64,000 nucleotides of DNA from Pirellulales bacterium (GCA_040901675.1 JBBDYJ010000038.1:160001-224000), one strand, 5' to 3'. Shown: positions 40,464-50,655, counted from the stretch's first letter. A program made the numbers and translations. Notes: a model not told the origin generated them from the letters alone.

Positions 40464-40510
40464 CACTGCTTGACGAAGGCCGCAACACGGCCTTCGTCAA
40501 GCAGTGGCAC
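40464..40510 (-). repeat. REP on the right of the RAYT, 19-bp perfect hairpin
   Basis: CACTGCTTGACGAAGGCCG-CAACA-CGGCCTTCGTCAAGCAGTG-GCAC. Confidence 0.85.
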
Positions 40511-41582
40511 CCGATCCCGCAGCGGCACCAGGGTGGGCAGTGGCAAAGTGCAAGTCGGATCGTTCGGCCTCCAGCTCGGCCTCCTTCAGCACCGTGGCGA
40601 CTTCGCGGCGGCTGGTCAGATAAAAACAGACGCCGACCAACGCGATGGCAATCGTGATCGCCCGGTAACCGAGGGCAACCACCAGGCCTTGCCCTTCCGT
40701 CACCGCCGCGCCGCTGGCAATCCGCTGGTACAGAAAGGCAACCACGGCCTCGAACGCTCCCAGGCCGTTCACGGGCAGCGGCAGCACGCCGGTGACCATC
40801 GCCAGCGGCACGATGACAAAATGCTCTGCCAGCGTGGGCGCCTGCCCGGGCAGGCCGCGGGCCACCAGGTAGATGCCCACGCTGCTCAGCACGTGCACGG
40901 CGGCGCTCAACAGGGCGGCGGCGGCCAGCACGCCCCGCCGGCTGCGGTAAATACGGATGGCCCCGATCAGCTTGCCGAACGTCGGGCCCACCCGCGGCAG
41001 GTTCTCGAGGAATCGCGAGATGGCGCCGTTGGTGAATCCCGGCACCAGCAGCATCAACAGCCCGGCGGCCCCGATACAGGTACACATCAGCGTCGAGCGG
41101 CCGATGATCTCGACCTCGCGGACCGGGCTGTGCAACTGCCCCGTCAACAGGATGGCGGCCGTGGCCAGCACGAACAGCATGAACAGGCCGATCACGCGAT
41201 CGAGGACGACGGTGGCCACGGCCTCGGCGCGGCGGCCGGGGTGTTCGCGGGCGATGAACACCGCCTTGAACAGGTCGCCGCCGACGCTGCCCAGCGAGAC
41301 GAAGTTGAGCAGATAGCCCAGGAATCCCAGGCGGAAGGCGTCCTTGAGGCTGAACGGCAGCTCCAGCGCCCGGACCAGCACGAACCAGCGGACGATGGTG
41401 AGTGCCACGGCCGCCAGGCACAAGGCCCAGGCCAGTCCGAGCAGCGGCCAATCTTTCGGCTGGCTGGCCAGGTTGGAAAACGTCTTGTCGGCCCTGGCCT
41501 CCACGACCAGGTAGGCAATGATGGCGGCCGAGATGCCGAACTTGAGGAGATAGATCAGTGTCTTCTTCAAGGTCTTGTTCAA
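40497..41582 (-). CDS. Lysylphosphatidylglycerol synthase TM-region / flippase-like protein
   Basis: RW..L, GSVGGDLFKA, LDRVIGL and PVNGLGAFE motifs. Confidence 0.88.
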   Translation of the reverse strand: MNKTLKKTLIYLLKFGISAAIIAYLVVEARADKTFSNLASQPKDWPLLGLAWALCLAAVALTIVRWFVLVRALELPFSLKDAFRLGFLGYLLNFVSLGSVGGDLFKAVFIAREHPGRRAEAVATVVLDRVIGLFMLFVLATAAILLTGQLHSPVREVEIIGRSTLMCTCIGAAGLLMLLVPGFTNGAISRFLENLPRVGPTFGKLIGAIRIYRSRRGVLAAAALLSAAVHVLSSVGIYLVARGLPGQAPTLAEHFVIVPLAMVTGVLPLPVNGLGAFEAVVAFLYQRIASGAAVTEGQGLVVALGYRAITIAIALVGVCFYLTSRREVATVLKEAELEAERSDLHFATAHPGAAAGSGATA

Positions 41583-41611
41583 GCCACACTCCGGAGGGCG
41601 GGTCCGCTCGC

Positions 41612-41640
41612 TTGACAGTCCGCGGCCACGGTGATAAGTT
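41612..41640 (+). promoter_or_regulatory. Sigma70 promoter of tRNA-Ala
   Basis: TTGACA-N17-TAAGTT with an extended -10 TG. Confidence 0.55.
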
Positions 41641-41757
41641 TTTTGGATCGCGGCGGCAAGGCCAGGTCGGCAGGCATTCTGGAAGGGGCATTTCGGACGG
41701 TTGCCTTTCGGAAATGCGGAAGTTGTTGTCGGCGAGTGGTTTGTGTTCCGTCCTTCA

Positions 41758-41832
<75 letters not shown>

Positions 41833-41947
41833 GGTACAAGTCTGGCCGAGAGCTGGTTTTAAGCATTCCCGCCATTCTATGGCGGCGCGGCCTGTGGTTG
41901 AACCCTAGTGGGGTCGTACGACCCCACCAAACCCCAGGAGCCGCACC

Positions 41948-42436
41948 ATGCGCAAGCCACCAAAGTACCGCCGTCACGCCAACGGCCAGGCGTTCGTCCA
42001 GTACCGCTACCGCCGCTCGGTCAACAACCACACCAACCGGATCAAGCGGTTCTTCAAGTGGTGCTGCCGCGAGGAACACCTGCCCAAGGAACTGTACAAC
42101 GGCCTGGCCTGCGTCGAGGGGCTGCGGGCCGGCCGATCCCAGGCCCGCGAATCCAAGCCGGTCGAGCCGGTCCCGCTGGCCTGGCTGGTGGCCGTGCTGC
42201 CGGAGCTGCCGGCGGCGGTGGCGGCCATGTGCCAGATCCAGTACCTCTGCGGCATGCGGCCCGGCGAGGTGGTGGTCATGCGCGCCGCCGACATCAACAT
42301 GGCCGGCGACATCTGGCTTTATCGGCCGGGCGATCACAAGACGGCCCACCACGGCCACACGCTGCTCAAGGCCATCCCGCGGCGGGCCCAGGAACTGATC
42401 AAGCCCGCTGTCCAACGTGCCGATCCATGGCTGTAA
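41948..42436 (+). pseudogene. Tyrosine integrase remnant (internal deletion, C-terminally truncated)
   Basis: PKYRRHANGQAFV N-terminus joined directly to VNNHTNRIKRFFKW...GMRPGEV...HKTAHHG; no HxxR or catalytic Tyr. Confidence 0.85.
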
Positions 42437-42544
42437 CCTGCCGATTGACAGTTTGCCGAACGGTCAGGATAAGATGAATGGGCCGGGTCGCCAAACGTTC
42501 TCGAAAGCACAGCCCGCATCGGAAAGGAGCCGTTCAAGAATGAG

Positions 42545-43165
42545 TTGGAAGAGGACACCGCCGTGGCGCTCCTCGCTCTGGGCGCCCTGTTCACGCCGGC
42601 CGGTCTACCAGCGCAGCCGCTCACCGAAGTGACCTACGCGAAGTGGCGCGACCACGTGCTCCCTAAGCCGAACGAGCTCGCTTACCAGCGCATCGCGTGG
42701 CGGCCGAGCTTCTGGGAGGCGGTCGTCGAGGCCCAGGAGAAGGACAGGCCGATCCTCCTATGGGCCATGAACGGGCACGCGCTCTGCAACACCTGAGGCA
42801 ACGGCGTCCTCGACCGACAGTTCGTCTGGTCCGACCCGCAGGTGCAGAAGCTGGCTAGCCAGTTCGTCGCGGCCGCAGACGCCTCCGACCGGCTCCAATC
42901 CAAGGCATGTAAGGATGAAGACGCCCTCCTGTTCCAGAAGTTCGGCGGCAAGTTTACCCTGCCTTCCCAGCGCAACGGCGGAGGGATCGGGCAGGGACAG
43001 TACGCCGTATCCCCCAGCGGGAAGTTGCTCGCGTCCTGTGCCACGCCCGACCCGAAGGAGGTCGCCGAGATGATGAGGCAGGCGCTGGCAAAGTGGAAAG
43101 GCTCCCGCGCGAAAGGCGATTGCTACCGAAGGCACCCGACCCCAGGGCCATTCAAGAAGCCTTGA
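42545..43165 (+). CDS. Candidate thioredoxin-fold selenoprotein (CxxU, in-frame TGA at 42794)
   Basis: Two same-frame ORFs joined by TGA: ...AQEKDRPILLWAMNGHALCNT-U-GNGVLDRQFVWSDPQV...; hairpin at 42812-42831. Confidence 0.65.
42812..42831 (+). promoter_or_regulatory. Putative bacterial SECIS element
   Basis: GACC-GAC-[AGUUC]-GUC-U-GGUC; the loop starts 22 nt after UGA and has G in its second position. Confidence 0.5.
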
Positions 43166-43250
43166 CCTGCCGCCCCATCGGTCGCTATCCATAAACTAAT
43201 AGATCAGCAGATTTCGTGCGGGCCGTGTCACGGAGCGGGAGGTCGAGCCG

Positions 43251-45089
43251 ATGAACATCACTACTCTGGCGGTTGGTCCTGGGGTGACTCTTGAGGACAT
43301 CCTCATCACCCCGGAACTTTCCCGCCGCAGGTCCCGAGCGCCCGATTACCCCGCCGAGAACCGCGCACTGGTCGCGCTGGCGCGCGAGATGGCGACCAAT
43401 CCCAAGAACCTGCCGCAGAAGCTGGTGGACCTGGCCTTGGAACTGTGCCGGGCCGGCTCGGCTGGCATCAGCTTGCTCAAGACCGACGCGGAGGGCGAAT
43501 ACTTCTCCTGGGAGGCCCTGGCCGGCGTGTACGCCCCCCGGGTGGGGGGCCGGACGCCGCGTAACTTCAGCCCTTGCGGAACAACTCTGGACCGCGGTGC
43601 CCCGCAGCTCTTCTCCTGCCCGGCCCGCTACTTCACCTACTTCGAGAGGGTGGACAGCCGCATCGCCGAGGGGCTGGTAATCCCGTTCGCCCTCAACGGC
43701 CACGCACTGGGCACGATCTGGGTTCTGACCCACGACGAGTCCCGCCGCTTCGACGCTGAGGACGTGCACATCATGACGGTCCTCGCCGAATTTACTGCGG
43801 CGGCACTACAGACGCTCTCGTCTCACAACGCCGCGACGAAAGCTCAGGACGAATTGCGGCGGAACAACCAGGCGTTGCGGGAGAGCGAGGCGCGGTTCCG
43901 CAAGTTGGTGTTGGCGTTGCCGGCGGCGGTGTACACCACGGACCGCGAGGGGCGTGTCACCCTCTTCAACGACCGGGCCGCCAAACTCTGGGGCCGCCGC
44001 CCGGAAGTCGGCAAGGACCTGTGGTGCGGCTCGTGGCGGATCTTCCGGCCCGACGGCACGCCCCTGCCGCACGACCAGTGCCCGATGGCGGTGGCGCTGC
44101 GCGAGGGCCGCGGCGTCCGGGGCCAGGAGATCGTCGTCGAGCGGCCGGACGGGGCCCGGGTCTGCGTCCTGCCCTACCCCGAGCCGCTGCGCGACGCCGC
44201 GGGGGAGGTCGTCGGCGCGGTCAACATGCTCGTGGACGTCACCGACCGCAAACGCACCGAGGAGGCGCTCCGCGAGGCCCACGACGAGTTGGGGAGGCGC
44301 GTGGAGGAACGGACCGCGGAGCTGGCCAAGGTGAATGAAGTCCTGAAAGCGGAGATTGCACGGCACCAACAGACGGATGCAGCCCGCAGCGAGGCCGTGC
44401 AGCAACTGATCAATGCCAAGGAGGCGGAACGCCACCGCCTCGCGCGGGAACTGCACGACCGGATGGGACAGCACCTGACCGCGCTCATGCTCGGGTTGAG
44501 AATGCTCAGGGATGGCACGCCGGAATTGTCCTCCGCACGCGAGCGCCTGCAACAATTACAGGAACTCGCTGACCTCATGGGCAGAGAGATTCACCACCTC
44601 GCCCTGGAACTCCGCCCCACGGCGCTCGATGACTTCGGCCTGCACACGGCCCTGGGCAACTACATTGAGGAGTGGTCCGAACGCTCAGGGGTCGGGGTCG
44701 ATCTCTACAGCACAGGCCTGGACGGGAATCGCCTACCCTCCCCCATCGAAACGGCCCTGTACCGGGTGGTGCAGGAGGGGCTGACGAACGTGCTCAAGCA
44801 TGCCCAGGCCCGGCGTGTCAGCCTCATCCTTCGGCGCTCCCCGGACCAGGTGCTCGCCATCCTCGAAGACGACGGCCGCGGTTTCGACGCCGACGCGGCG
44901 ATCAGCACCCGGGGCCCTCAGGGCCGATTGGGCCTGCTGGGGATGAGGGAGCGTGTGGCGCTAGTCGGTGGGACGCTGACCATCGAATCCACGCCCGGGA
45001 GAGGCACGACGATCTTCGCCCGGATTCCGTCGCCGGGGGATGGGGAGGAGGACAGCGATGGTGAAACTGCGCGTCTACCTGGCCGATGA
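43251..45089 (+). CDS. GAF-PAS-HisKA_3 sensor histidine kinase
   Basis: ERHRLARELHD, LRPTALDDFGL, YRVVQEGLTNVLKHA and DDGRGF motifs. Confidence 0.92.
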   Translation: MNITTLAVGPGVTLEDILITPELSRRRSRAPDYPAENRALVALAREMATNPKNLPQKLVDLALELCRAGSAGISLLKTDAEGEYFSWEALAGVYAPRVGGRTPRNFSPCGTTLDRGAPQLFSCPARYFTYFERVDSRIAEGLVIPFALNGHALGTIWVLTHDESRRFDAEDVHIMTVLAEFTAAALQTLSSHNAATKAQDELRRNNQALRESEARFRKLVLALPAAVYTTDREGRVTLFNDRAAKLWGRRPEVGKDLWCGSWRIFRPDGTPLPHDQCPMAVALREGRGVRGQEIVVERPDGARVCVLPYPEPLRDAAGEVVGAVNMLVDVTDRKRTEEALREAHDELGRRVEERTAELAKVNEVLKAEIARHQQTDAARSEAVQQLINAKEAERHRLARELHDRMGQHLTALMLGLRMLRDGTPELSSARERLQQLQELADLMGREIHHLALELRPTALDDFGLHTALGNYIEEWSERSGVGVDLYSTGLDGNRLPSPIETALYRVVQEGLTNVLKHAQARRVSLILRRSPDQVLAILEDDGRGFDADAAISTRGPQGRLGLLGMRERVALVGGTLTIESTPGRGTTIFARIPSPGDGEEDSDGETARLPGR

Positions 45090-45711
45090 TCATGCGGTCG
45101 TCCGCGCAGGGTTGAAGGCCCTCATCGACTCCCAGCCCGATATGGAGGTGAGCGGCGAGGCGGGCGACGGCCGGGCCGCGTGCCAGCACGTCCAGGAATT
45201 GCAGCCCGATGTGGTGGTCATGGACATCTCCATGCCGGGTGTCAGTGGCGCTCAGGCAACGGCCCAGTTAAAGGAGACGTGCCCCGGCGTCAAGGTGCTG
45301 GCGCTCACCGTCCACGAGGACACGGGCTATCTGCGCTTGCTCCTGGAGGCCGGCGCGTCGGGTTACGTGCTTAAGCGTGCCGCGGCGGAAGAGCTGATCC
45401 ACGCCATCCGCACGGTGGCCGCGGGCGGCGTGTACCTGGACCCGGCGCTTGCGGGCAAGGTCGTGGGAAGCTTTGTGCGTGCCCCAGTGGGGAAGAGCGT
45501 TCCCAAGGGCGGTGGCCTGAGCGACCGGGAGGCCGAGGTGGTGCGTCTCATCGCCGCGGGCTACAGCAATAAAGAGATTGCCAATCGGCTCAGCCTGAGC
45601 GTCAAAACTGTCGAGACGTACAAGGCCCGTTCGATGGAGAAGCTCGGCCTGGACAGCCGTGCAGACCTCGTGCGCTACGCTTTGCAGCGGGGCTGGTTGC
45701 AGAACGTCTGA
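45058..45711 (+). CDS. NarL/LuxR family response regulator
   Basis: LADDH, MDISMP and LSDREAEV...GYSNKEIA...SVKTVETY motifs. Confidence 0.95.
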   Translation: MVKLRVYLADDHAVVRAGLKALIDSQPDMEVSGEAGDGRAACQHVQELQPDVVVMDISMPGVSGAQATAQLKETCPGVKVLALTVHEDTGYLRLLLEAGASGYVLKRAAAEELIHAIRTVAAGGVYLDPALAGKVVGSFVRAPVGKSVPKGGGLSDREAEVVRLIAAGYSNKEIANRLSLSVKTVETYKARSMEKLGLDSRADLVRYALQRGWLQNV

Positions 45712-45918
45712 CGGCTTGAAAGCCGCCCGTTGTGCTGGCTTTCGGTCCAACGAGCCTCTTTCGCTATTGTCCGAGAATCTCCTGACACCTGCGCTTTTTT
45801 CGGACGCAGCAGACGCTGGTTTTCCGACACTCTTGCTTCTTCTCGCTGGTAAAAACACCTCTACGATTGCCCGATTACTCAGATAGAAAACTCTGAGACT
45901 TTTGGCAGAGCCGTTCGC

Positions 45919-47018
45919 ATGTCCCAGGATGAATTAACGTTTTGGAAGCAGGCAGACTGGTCGCGTGTCGCTCTTAACAGCATCGGCGATGCGGTAATCG
46001 TCAGTGACGCCCTAAGCCGGGTAGTTTTCATGAACCCCGTCGCTGAAACCCTGACCGGCTGGTCACAGGCAGAAGCGGTCGGGAGACCCCTGCCGGCCGT
46101 CTTCCGGATCATCAACGAACGGACCCGGTCGAGGACCCGGTGGCCAAAGTACTTACCAGCGGCGTGGTCCTTGGACTGGCCAACCACACCCTGCTGCTGG
46201 CTCGGGACGGCACGGAACGACCCATCAACGACACTGGCGCACCGATCCGCGACCACGACGGAAGGCTCGCAGGCGTCGTATGGATCTTTCGCGACATTAC
46301 CGAGCGTCGGCGGGCGGAGCAGGCCGCAGAGGCAGCGCGAGCGTATGCTGAGGCCATTGTGGAGGCGGCCGGCTTGACGCTCGATCTTCAGTTGCCGGAT
46401 CAGGCGCTCTGGGTGAGAGGCGATCCGACGCGGCTGGCGCAGATCGTGGGCAACCTCCTGCACAACGCCAGCAAATTCACCGATCCGGGCGGGTACGTGA
46501 GCGTACAGGTGACGCAGGATGCGGGCGGCGACACGGCCGTGATTGCCGTCCGCGACACGGGCATCGGTATGGATCCGAAGATGCTGGCCGAAGTCTTTGA
46601 GACGTTTCGCCAGGGGGAGAACGGCCGGGACCACAACCGGGGGGGGGCTTGGCCTGGGGTTGGCGTTGGTCAAGGGGGTGGTCGCGTTGCACGACGGTAC
46701 CGTGCACGCCGCCAGCGAAAGACCAGGGCGCGGCTGCAAGATCACGGTCCGGCTCCCGATGGAGCGCGCCCCGGAGCCGCCCAAGCCGGCGAGTCACACT
46801 CCCGCACTTGCCGAGCAAGCGTACCGGATCTCGTCATCGAGGACAATCGCGACGCGGCCGAGAGCATGAAGATACTGCTCGGGCTGGTCGGCCATCGGGT
46901 CGAAACGGCTTCTACCGGCGCCGCCGGAGTTGACGTAGCCCGAGCGTTTCACCCCCAGGTTGTGCTGTGCGACATTGGGCTGCCGGGCGGAACTGCCAGT
47001 AGGGTCCTGCGCCGATGA
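45919..47018 (+). pseudogene. Hybrid PAS-histidine kinase-receiver remnant
   Basis: PAS, HATPase (NASKFT, DTGIG, GLGLGL) and partial REC pieces spread over several frames; HisKA missing. Confidence 0.85.
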
Positions 47019-47503
47019 AACATGCGAGAAGCCCGCCGTAACCATCTAGTTCTAGTTCGGGCGGTCTCAAAGATCCTTCGCCGCCCAACGGATAAGGAAT
47101 TCGGTACGACCGGGTGACCGGCTTTGCGGATTTTAGCCTATGGGCATTTGTTTGCCGCCGCTCCAGGATGCTCTCTTCAAGAGCAGAAGGTTGTCCTTGT
47201 AGCGGCCTGCACCGATGCGGGGTAACGCAAGTTGTCTTAACCCACCAGTTTTACCTCCGCGAAACTGTCCTGACTCATCTCGCTTTCTCCCGACAAACAC
47301 AGAATCGCTCACGACTTCTTGCCTTGTCGATGGCCGACACGGTCGTTCCATTCCCTCCCGGCTCGAAGCTGGCTCGCGACATGGTCGTGCTCGACGCGAC
47401 CGCCTGAGCCGTGTTCGCTCCGTCAACGGGGCCACTCGAAGCCTGAACGGAGCCCGAAGTCCCTACATCAGCGGGGAAGTCCTGACACGTGACAACCGTG
47501 ACA

Positions 47504-47519
47504 CGGCCCGTGAATTGCT
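47504..47519 (+). promoter_or_regulatory. Putative sigma54 promoter
   Basis: CGGCCCG-TGAA-TTGCT (GG-N10-GC), about 100 nt upstream of 47623. Confidence 0.5.
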
Positions 47520-47622
47520 CTTACTTTCTGCGCTTCTCCGGGGATTAGGTCGCCGAGCGATGGTGTATGTCGCACCACCTTGAGCCCCTGGCTCCGAAGA
47601 ACTACTTGCAGGAGGACATTCT

Positions 47623-48342
47623 ATGGCTGAAAACGCCACGCTTCGTGCGGAGGATCTGGTCCCGGTCCGCAGCCGGCTGAGCTGGGGCGCTATCATTGCC
47701 GGCGCTGTGTTGGCCTTGGCTGTCTACCTGGTCTTAACACTCCTGGGCGGGGCCATAGGGTTAACTATCAGCGACAACGTCCGCACCGATAGCCTCAAAA
47801 CCGGGGGTGCAATTTGGGCCATCCTGGCCACGGCAATAGCTCTGTTCGTGGGCGGTTGGGTGACCACGCAGTGTACCGTGGGAGAGAATAAGGCCGAGGC
47901 GGTCGTACATGGCGTCATCATGTGGGGAGTGGTGCTCGCGATGCTGCTGTGGTTGACGGCCACGGGTGTCCGGGCGGGCTTTAACGCGATGGTGGGGATG
48001 GCCTACGTTGGCAGCAACGCTGCTCGCAACACGTCGACCGAAGACTGGGAGGCCGCGGCACGACGCTCCGGGGTGCCCCAGGCTACGATTAACGACTGGC
48101 GACAGAAAGCCGCCGATGCCCCGGCCGAAACTCGCCGCGGGGTAGACCCCGCCAATCAGCAAGCGGCGGTTGAGACAGCGACCCAGGCGACCTGGTGGAC
48201 GCTCCTCGGCACCCTACTCTCGATGGCCGCTGCCGTCGCTGGAGCCATGGTGGGCGCCGGTCCGACGTTTCGACTCCGGGGGATTGAGGCCCCTACAACC
48301 GGTGGGATGTATGAGGACCGCCGGGTCCATGCCAGAACGTAA
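47623..48342 (+). CDS. Conserved membrane protein, general-stress-associated type
   Basis: RLSWGAIIAG...HGVIMWG; 4 TM helices; strong SD AGGAGG. Confidence 0.8.
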   Translation: MAENATLRAEDLVPVRSRLSWGAIIAGAVLALAVYLVLTLLGGAIGLTISDNVRTDSLKTGGAIWAILATAIALFVGGWVTTQCTVGENKAEAVVHGVIMWGVVLAMLLWLTATGVRAGFNAMVGMAYVGSNAARNTSTEDWEAAARRSGVPQATINDWRQKAADAPAETRRGVDPANQQAAVETATQATWWTLLGTLLSMAAAVAGAMVGAGPTFRLRGIEAPTTGGMYEDRRVHART

Positions 48343-48480
48343 ACCGCGGGCGAGTCACCGGAAACAACAAGGCAGACTGCCAGAGCTATCGGGGCATCTG
48401 ACAGCGCAGAACGTAGTGCCCCGACGGTTCTTCAGGCCCGTTGCCTGGAAAGTTGGGATTTCCAGCTCAGGAGCCGAATT

Positions 48481-48570
48481 ATGAATTGGGATACGATCCA
48501 GGGTCAATGGACGCAGTTCAAGGGCAAGGTCAAGGAGAAGTGGGGGGACCTCACTGACGACGACCGGCAA
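48481..48570 (+). pseudogene. csbD: CsbD family protein, truncated
   Basis: [28 protein letters not shown], after which homology is lost. Confidence 0.85.
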
Positions 48571-48799
48571 CGTCAAGGACACCGCCGAGGAGTGGGCATC
48601 GTCAGTTGGCAGTGCCGCCGTTCAGGCCAAAGACAAGGCGCAAGAGGTCGTCGGTGCAGCGGCTGAAAAGGTTGGAGAAGTCGGGGAGGAAGTCACCGCT
48701 TTGATCCGCCGCTACCCACTTCCGGCGTTGCTGATGGGCGTCGGGGTGGGATTCCTGCTGGCGAAGATCTTGCAGGGTCCGTCGTCGGCAGCGACGTAA
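48570..48799 (+). pseudogene. DUF883/ElaB/YqjD-like C-terminal fragment
   Basis: [10 protein letters not shown]...LIRRYPLPALLMGVGVGFLLAK...*; no start codon. Confidence 0.7.
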
Positions 48800-48864
48800 A
48801 ACGTCCCGCCTTATCGCATCGTGAAGTAATGTTTCGAACATATACACTTTTTGGAGCCAGTCAC

Positions 48865-49131
48865 ATGGGATTTCTCTGGTGGTTGGTAATCGGACCACTC
48901 GCGGGTGGCGTGGCGCGCCTGCTCATTCCAGGCCGACAGCCGATGGGGCTACTATTGACCATGATCCTCGGGCTCGTCGGGTCGGTGGTCGGCGGTCTTA
49001 TCTCGACAGCGATCTTCGGCTATAGCGCCGCGGACCCAGGCTTTCATACTGGCGGCTTGATTATGTCCATAATCGGGGCGGTAATCGTCCTGGGAATCTA
49101 TGTCACCAACGCCCAGCGCAGGTTGTCGTGA
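48865..49131 (+). CDS. GlsB/YeaQ/YmgE (transglycosylase-associated) stress membrane protein
   Basis: LAGGVARLLIPGRQPMG...ILGLVGSVVGG...SIIGAVIVL. Confidence 0.88.
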   Translation: MGFLWWLVIGPLAGGVARLLIPGRQPMGLLLTMILGLVGSVVGGLISTAIFGYSAADPGFHTGGLIMSIIGAVIVLGIYVTNAQRRLS

Positions 49132-49174
49132 AACAGCCGCGAGATCCCTCACACCAAACACAACAGAGGTCACG

Positions 49175-49714
49175 ATGAAACTCGAGTCCTTACAGGACCT
49201 GTACGTAGAGGAATTGAAAGACCTTTACAGCGCGGAGACTCAGCTTATCAACGCGCTGCCGAAAATGGCTAAGGCCGCTTCGTCTCCAGAACTGCGGACG
49301 GCTTTTGAAGATCACCTTGAGCAAACCAGAGACCAGGTAGAACGACTCGAGACGATTTTCAAGAAGCTTGGTATCAGTCCCAAAGGCAAGAAATGCAAGG
49401 CAATGGGAGGCTTGATTGAGGAAGGTAGGGAGTTGATGGCCGAGCAAGCCGCACCGGCAGTGATGGACGCTGCCCTCATTGCAGCAGCACAGCGCGTCGA
49501 GCACTATGAGATGGCGGGATATGGATGTGTGCGGACTTTTGCACGCTTACTCGGGCACAAGGAGGCGGCGGACCTGCTCCAGACAACACTCCAAGAGGAA
49601 GGGGCCGCGGACAAGAAGCTCAGCAAACTCGCAGAAACCACGATCAATGTCGAGGCCCACGAGGCCGAGCCCGCCGAAGAGCACCTCCGTGGAAGCCACA
49701 GCCGGGCAATATGA
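49175..49714 (+). CDS. yciF: Ferritin-like DUF892 (YciF) protein
   Basis: ELKDLYSAETQ, HLEQT, CKAM.GLIEE and AQRVEHYE motifs. Confidence 0.92.
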   Translation: MKLESLQDLYVEELKDLYSAETQLINALPKMAKAASSPELRTAFEDHLEQTRDQVERLETIFKKLGISPKGKKCKAMGGLIEEGRELMAEQAAPAVMDAALIAAAQRVEHYEMAGYGCVRTFARLLGHKEAADLLQTTLQEEGAADKKLSKLAETTINVEAHEAEPAEEHLRGSHSRAI

Positions 49715-49837
49715 GCGGCTGAGCGAGAACAATAATTGAAAATCAACGTCCCGGACAAAGCCCCTGAATCAAGTGTGGGTATCGAGTGGGCACTGACGGT
49801 CAGGGCCCGCGTGATTTACTTTTAAGGAGGACTTGTG

Positions 49838-50137
49838 ATGAGCGAAACGATGGATAAACCGCGATATGCTTTTGGCAGCCAGGAAGCTGAAGAGCACTCG
49901 GAAGGAATAGTCGCCCGGACGATCGAGCAGCAGACGGCCAAGATTCCGTCGGATGTCTTCCTGTGGGCTGCATTCGCCTCCGTCGGTGGCTCCCTTTTTC
50001 TGCAGATGTCGGGCAAGAAGGAAGCGAGCCTCTTTGTGGGGCAATGGGCTCCCACCTTCTTGATCCTCGGCCTTTATAACAAGCTGGTCAAGATCGCCGG
50101 GTCGGACCGAACTGAGAGCGCGCGGTCCCAGGTGTGA
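49838..50137 (+). CDS. Conserved small membrane protein
   Basis: SD TAAGGAGG; EHSEG...IEQQTAKIPSD.FLWAA...FVGQWAPTFLILGLYNK. Confidence 0.8.
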   Translation: MSETMDKPRYAFGSQEAEEHSEGIVARTIEQQTAKIPSDVFLWAAFASVGGSLFLQMSGKKEASLFVGQWAPTFLILGLYNKLVKIAGSDRTESARSQV

Positions 50138-50547
50138 CCTATAGACGGCTGAAACTGGTGCCCTAACGGGAACTGGGGGTGGGGCAGATGTCTTCCCCCC
50201 CTTTTAGCTTTGCGTAGAGAGCGACTTTCGCCAACCAAGATATCGAACAGGCTTTCCATTCTGTGTTTCAGCGCACAGGAGAATAGTGTCCGTACTTGTA
50301 AGGAGAAGAATGATGGCTCAGGAATCCCAGACAGCGGAGATCGAGACGGCCGTAGCCCTTGGCTACGTTTGTGGCAGCTTCTTTTTTTCGCCACCGCTAG
50401 ATCCTTACTGAGTGCATCGCGGCGACCGCTAAGCCAACAAGGGCCTTCCAAACATGACAACGAAACGCTCATGACGGGGCGGTTCCCCCGGAGATCGTGG
50501 TCTGCCTCGACTTGGTTGCCGGCGAATTTTCGACGTGTGCCCCGCCT

Positions 50548-50563
50548 GGGAATGTGGTTTGCA
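50548..50563 (+). promoter_or_regulatory. Putative sigma54 promoter
   Basis: GGGAATG-TGGT-TTGCA (GG-N10-GC), upstream of 50656. Confidence 0.4.
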
Positions 50564-50655
50564 GTCTCTCACGGACGCCACAGGGGCTAAAAGCTAGCCC
50601 GGGGGCTTCCATCACTCGGACAGTGGGCGTGGCGCATCAGCGCCAAGGAGGATTC

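Noticed and set aside
42445..42475. TTGACA...TAAGAT promoter for the selenoprotein candidate
   Set aside because: The 19-nt spacer is suboptimal, so it is not called as a feature.
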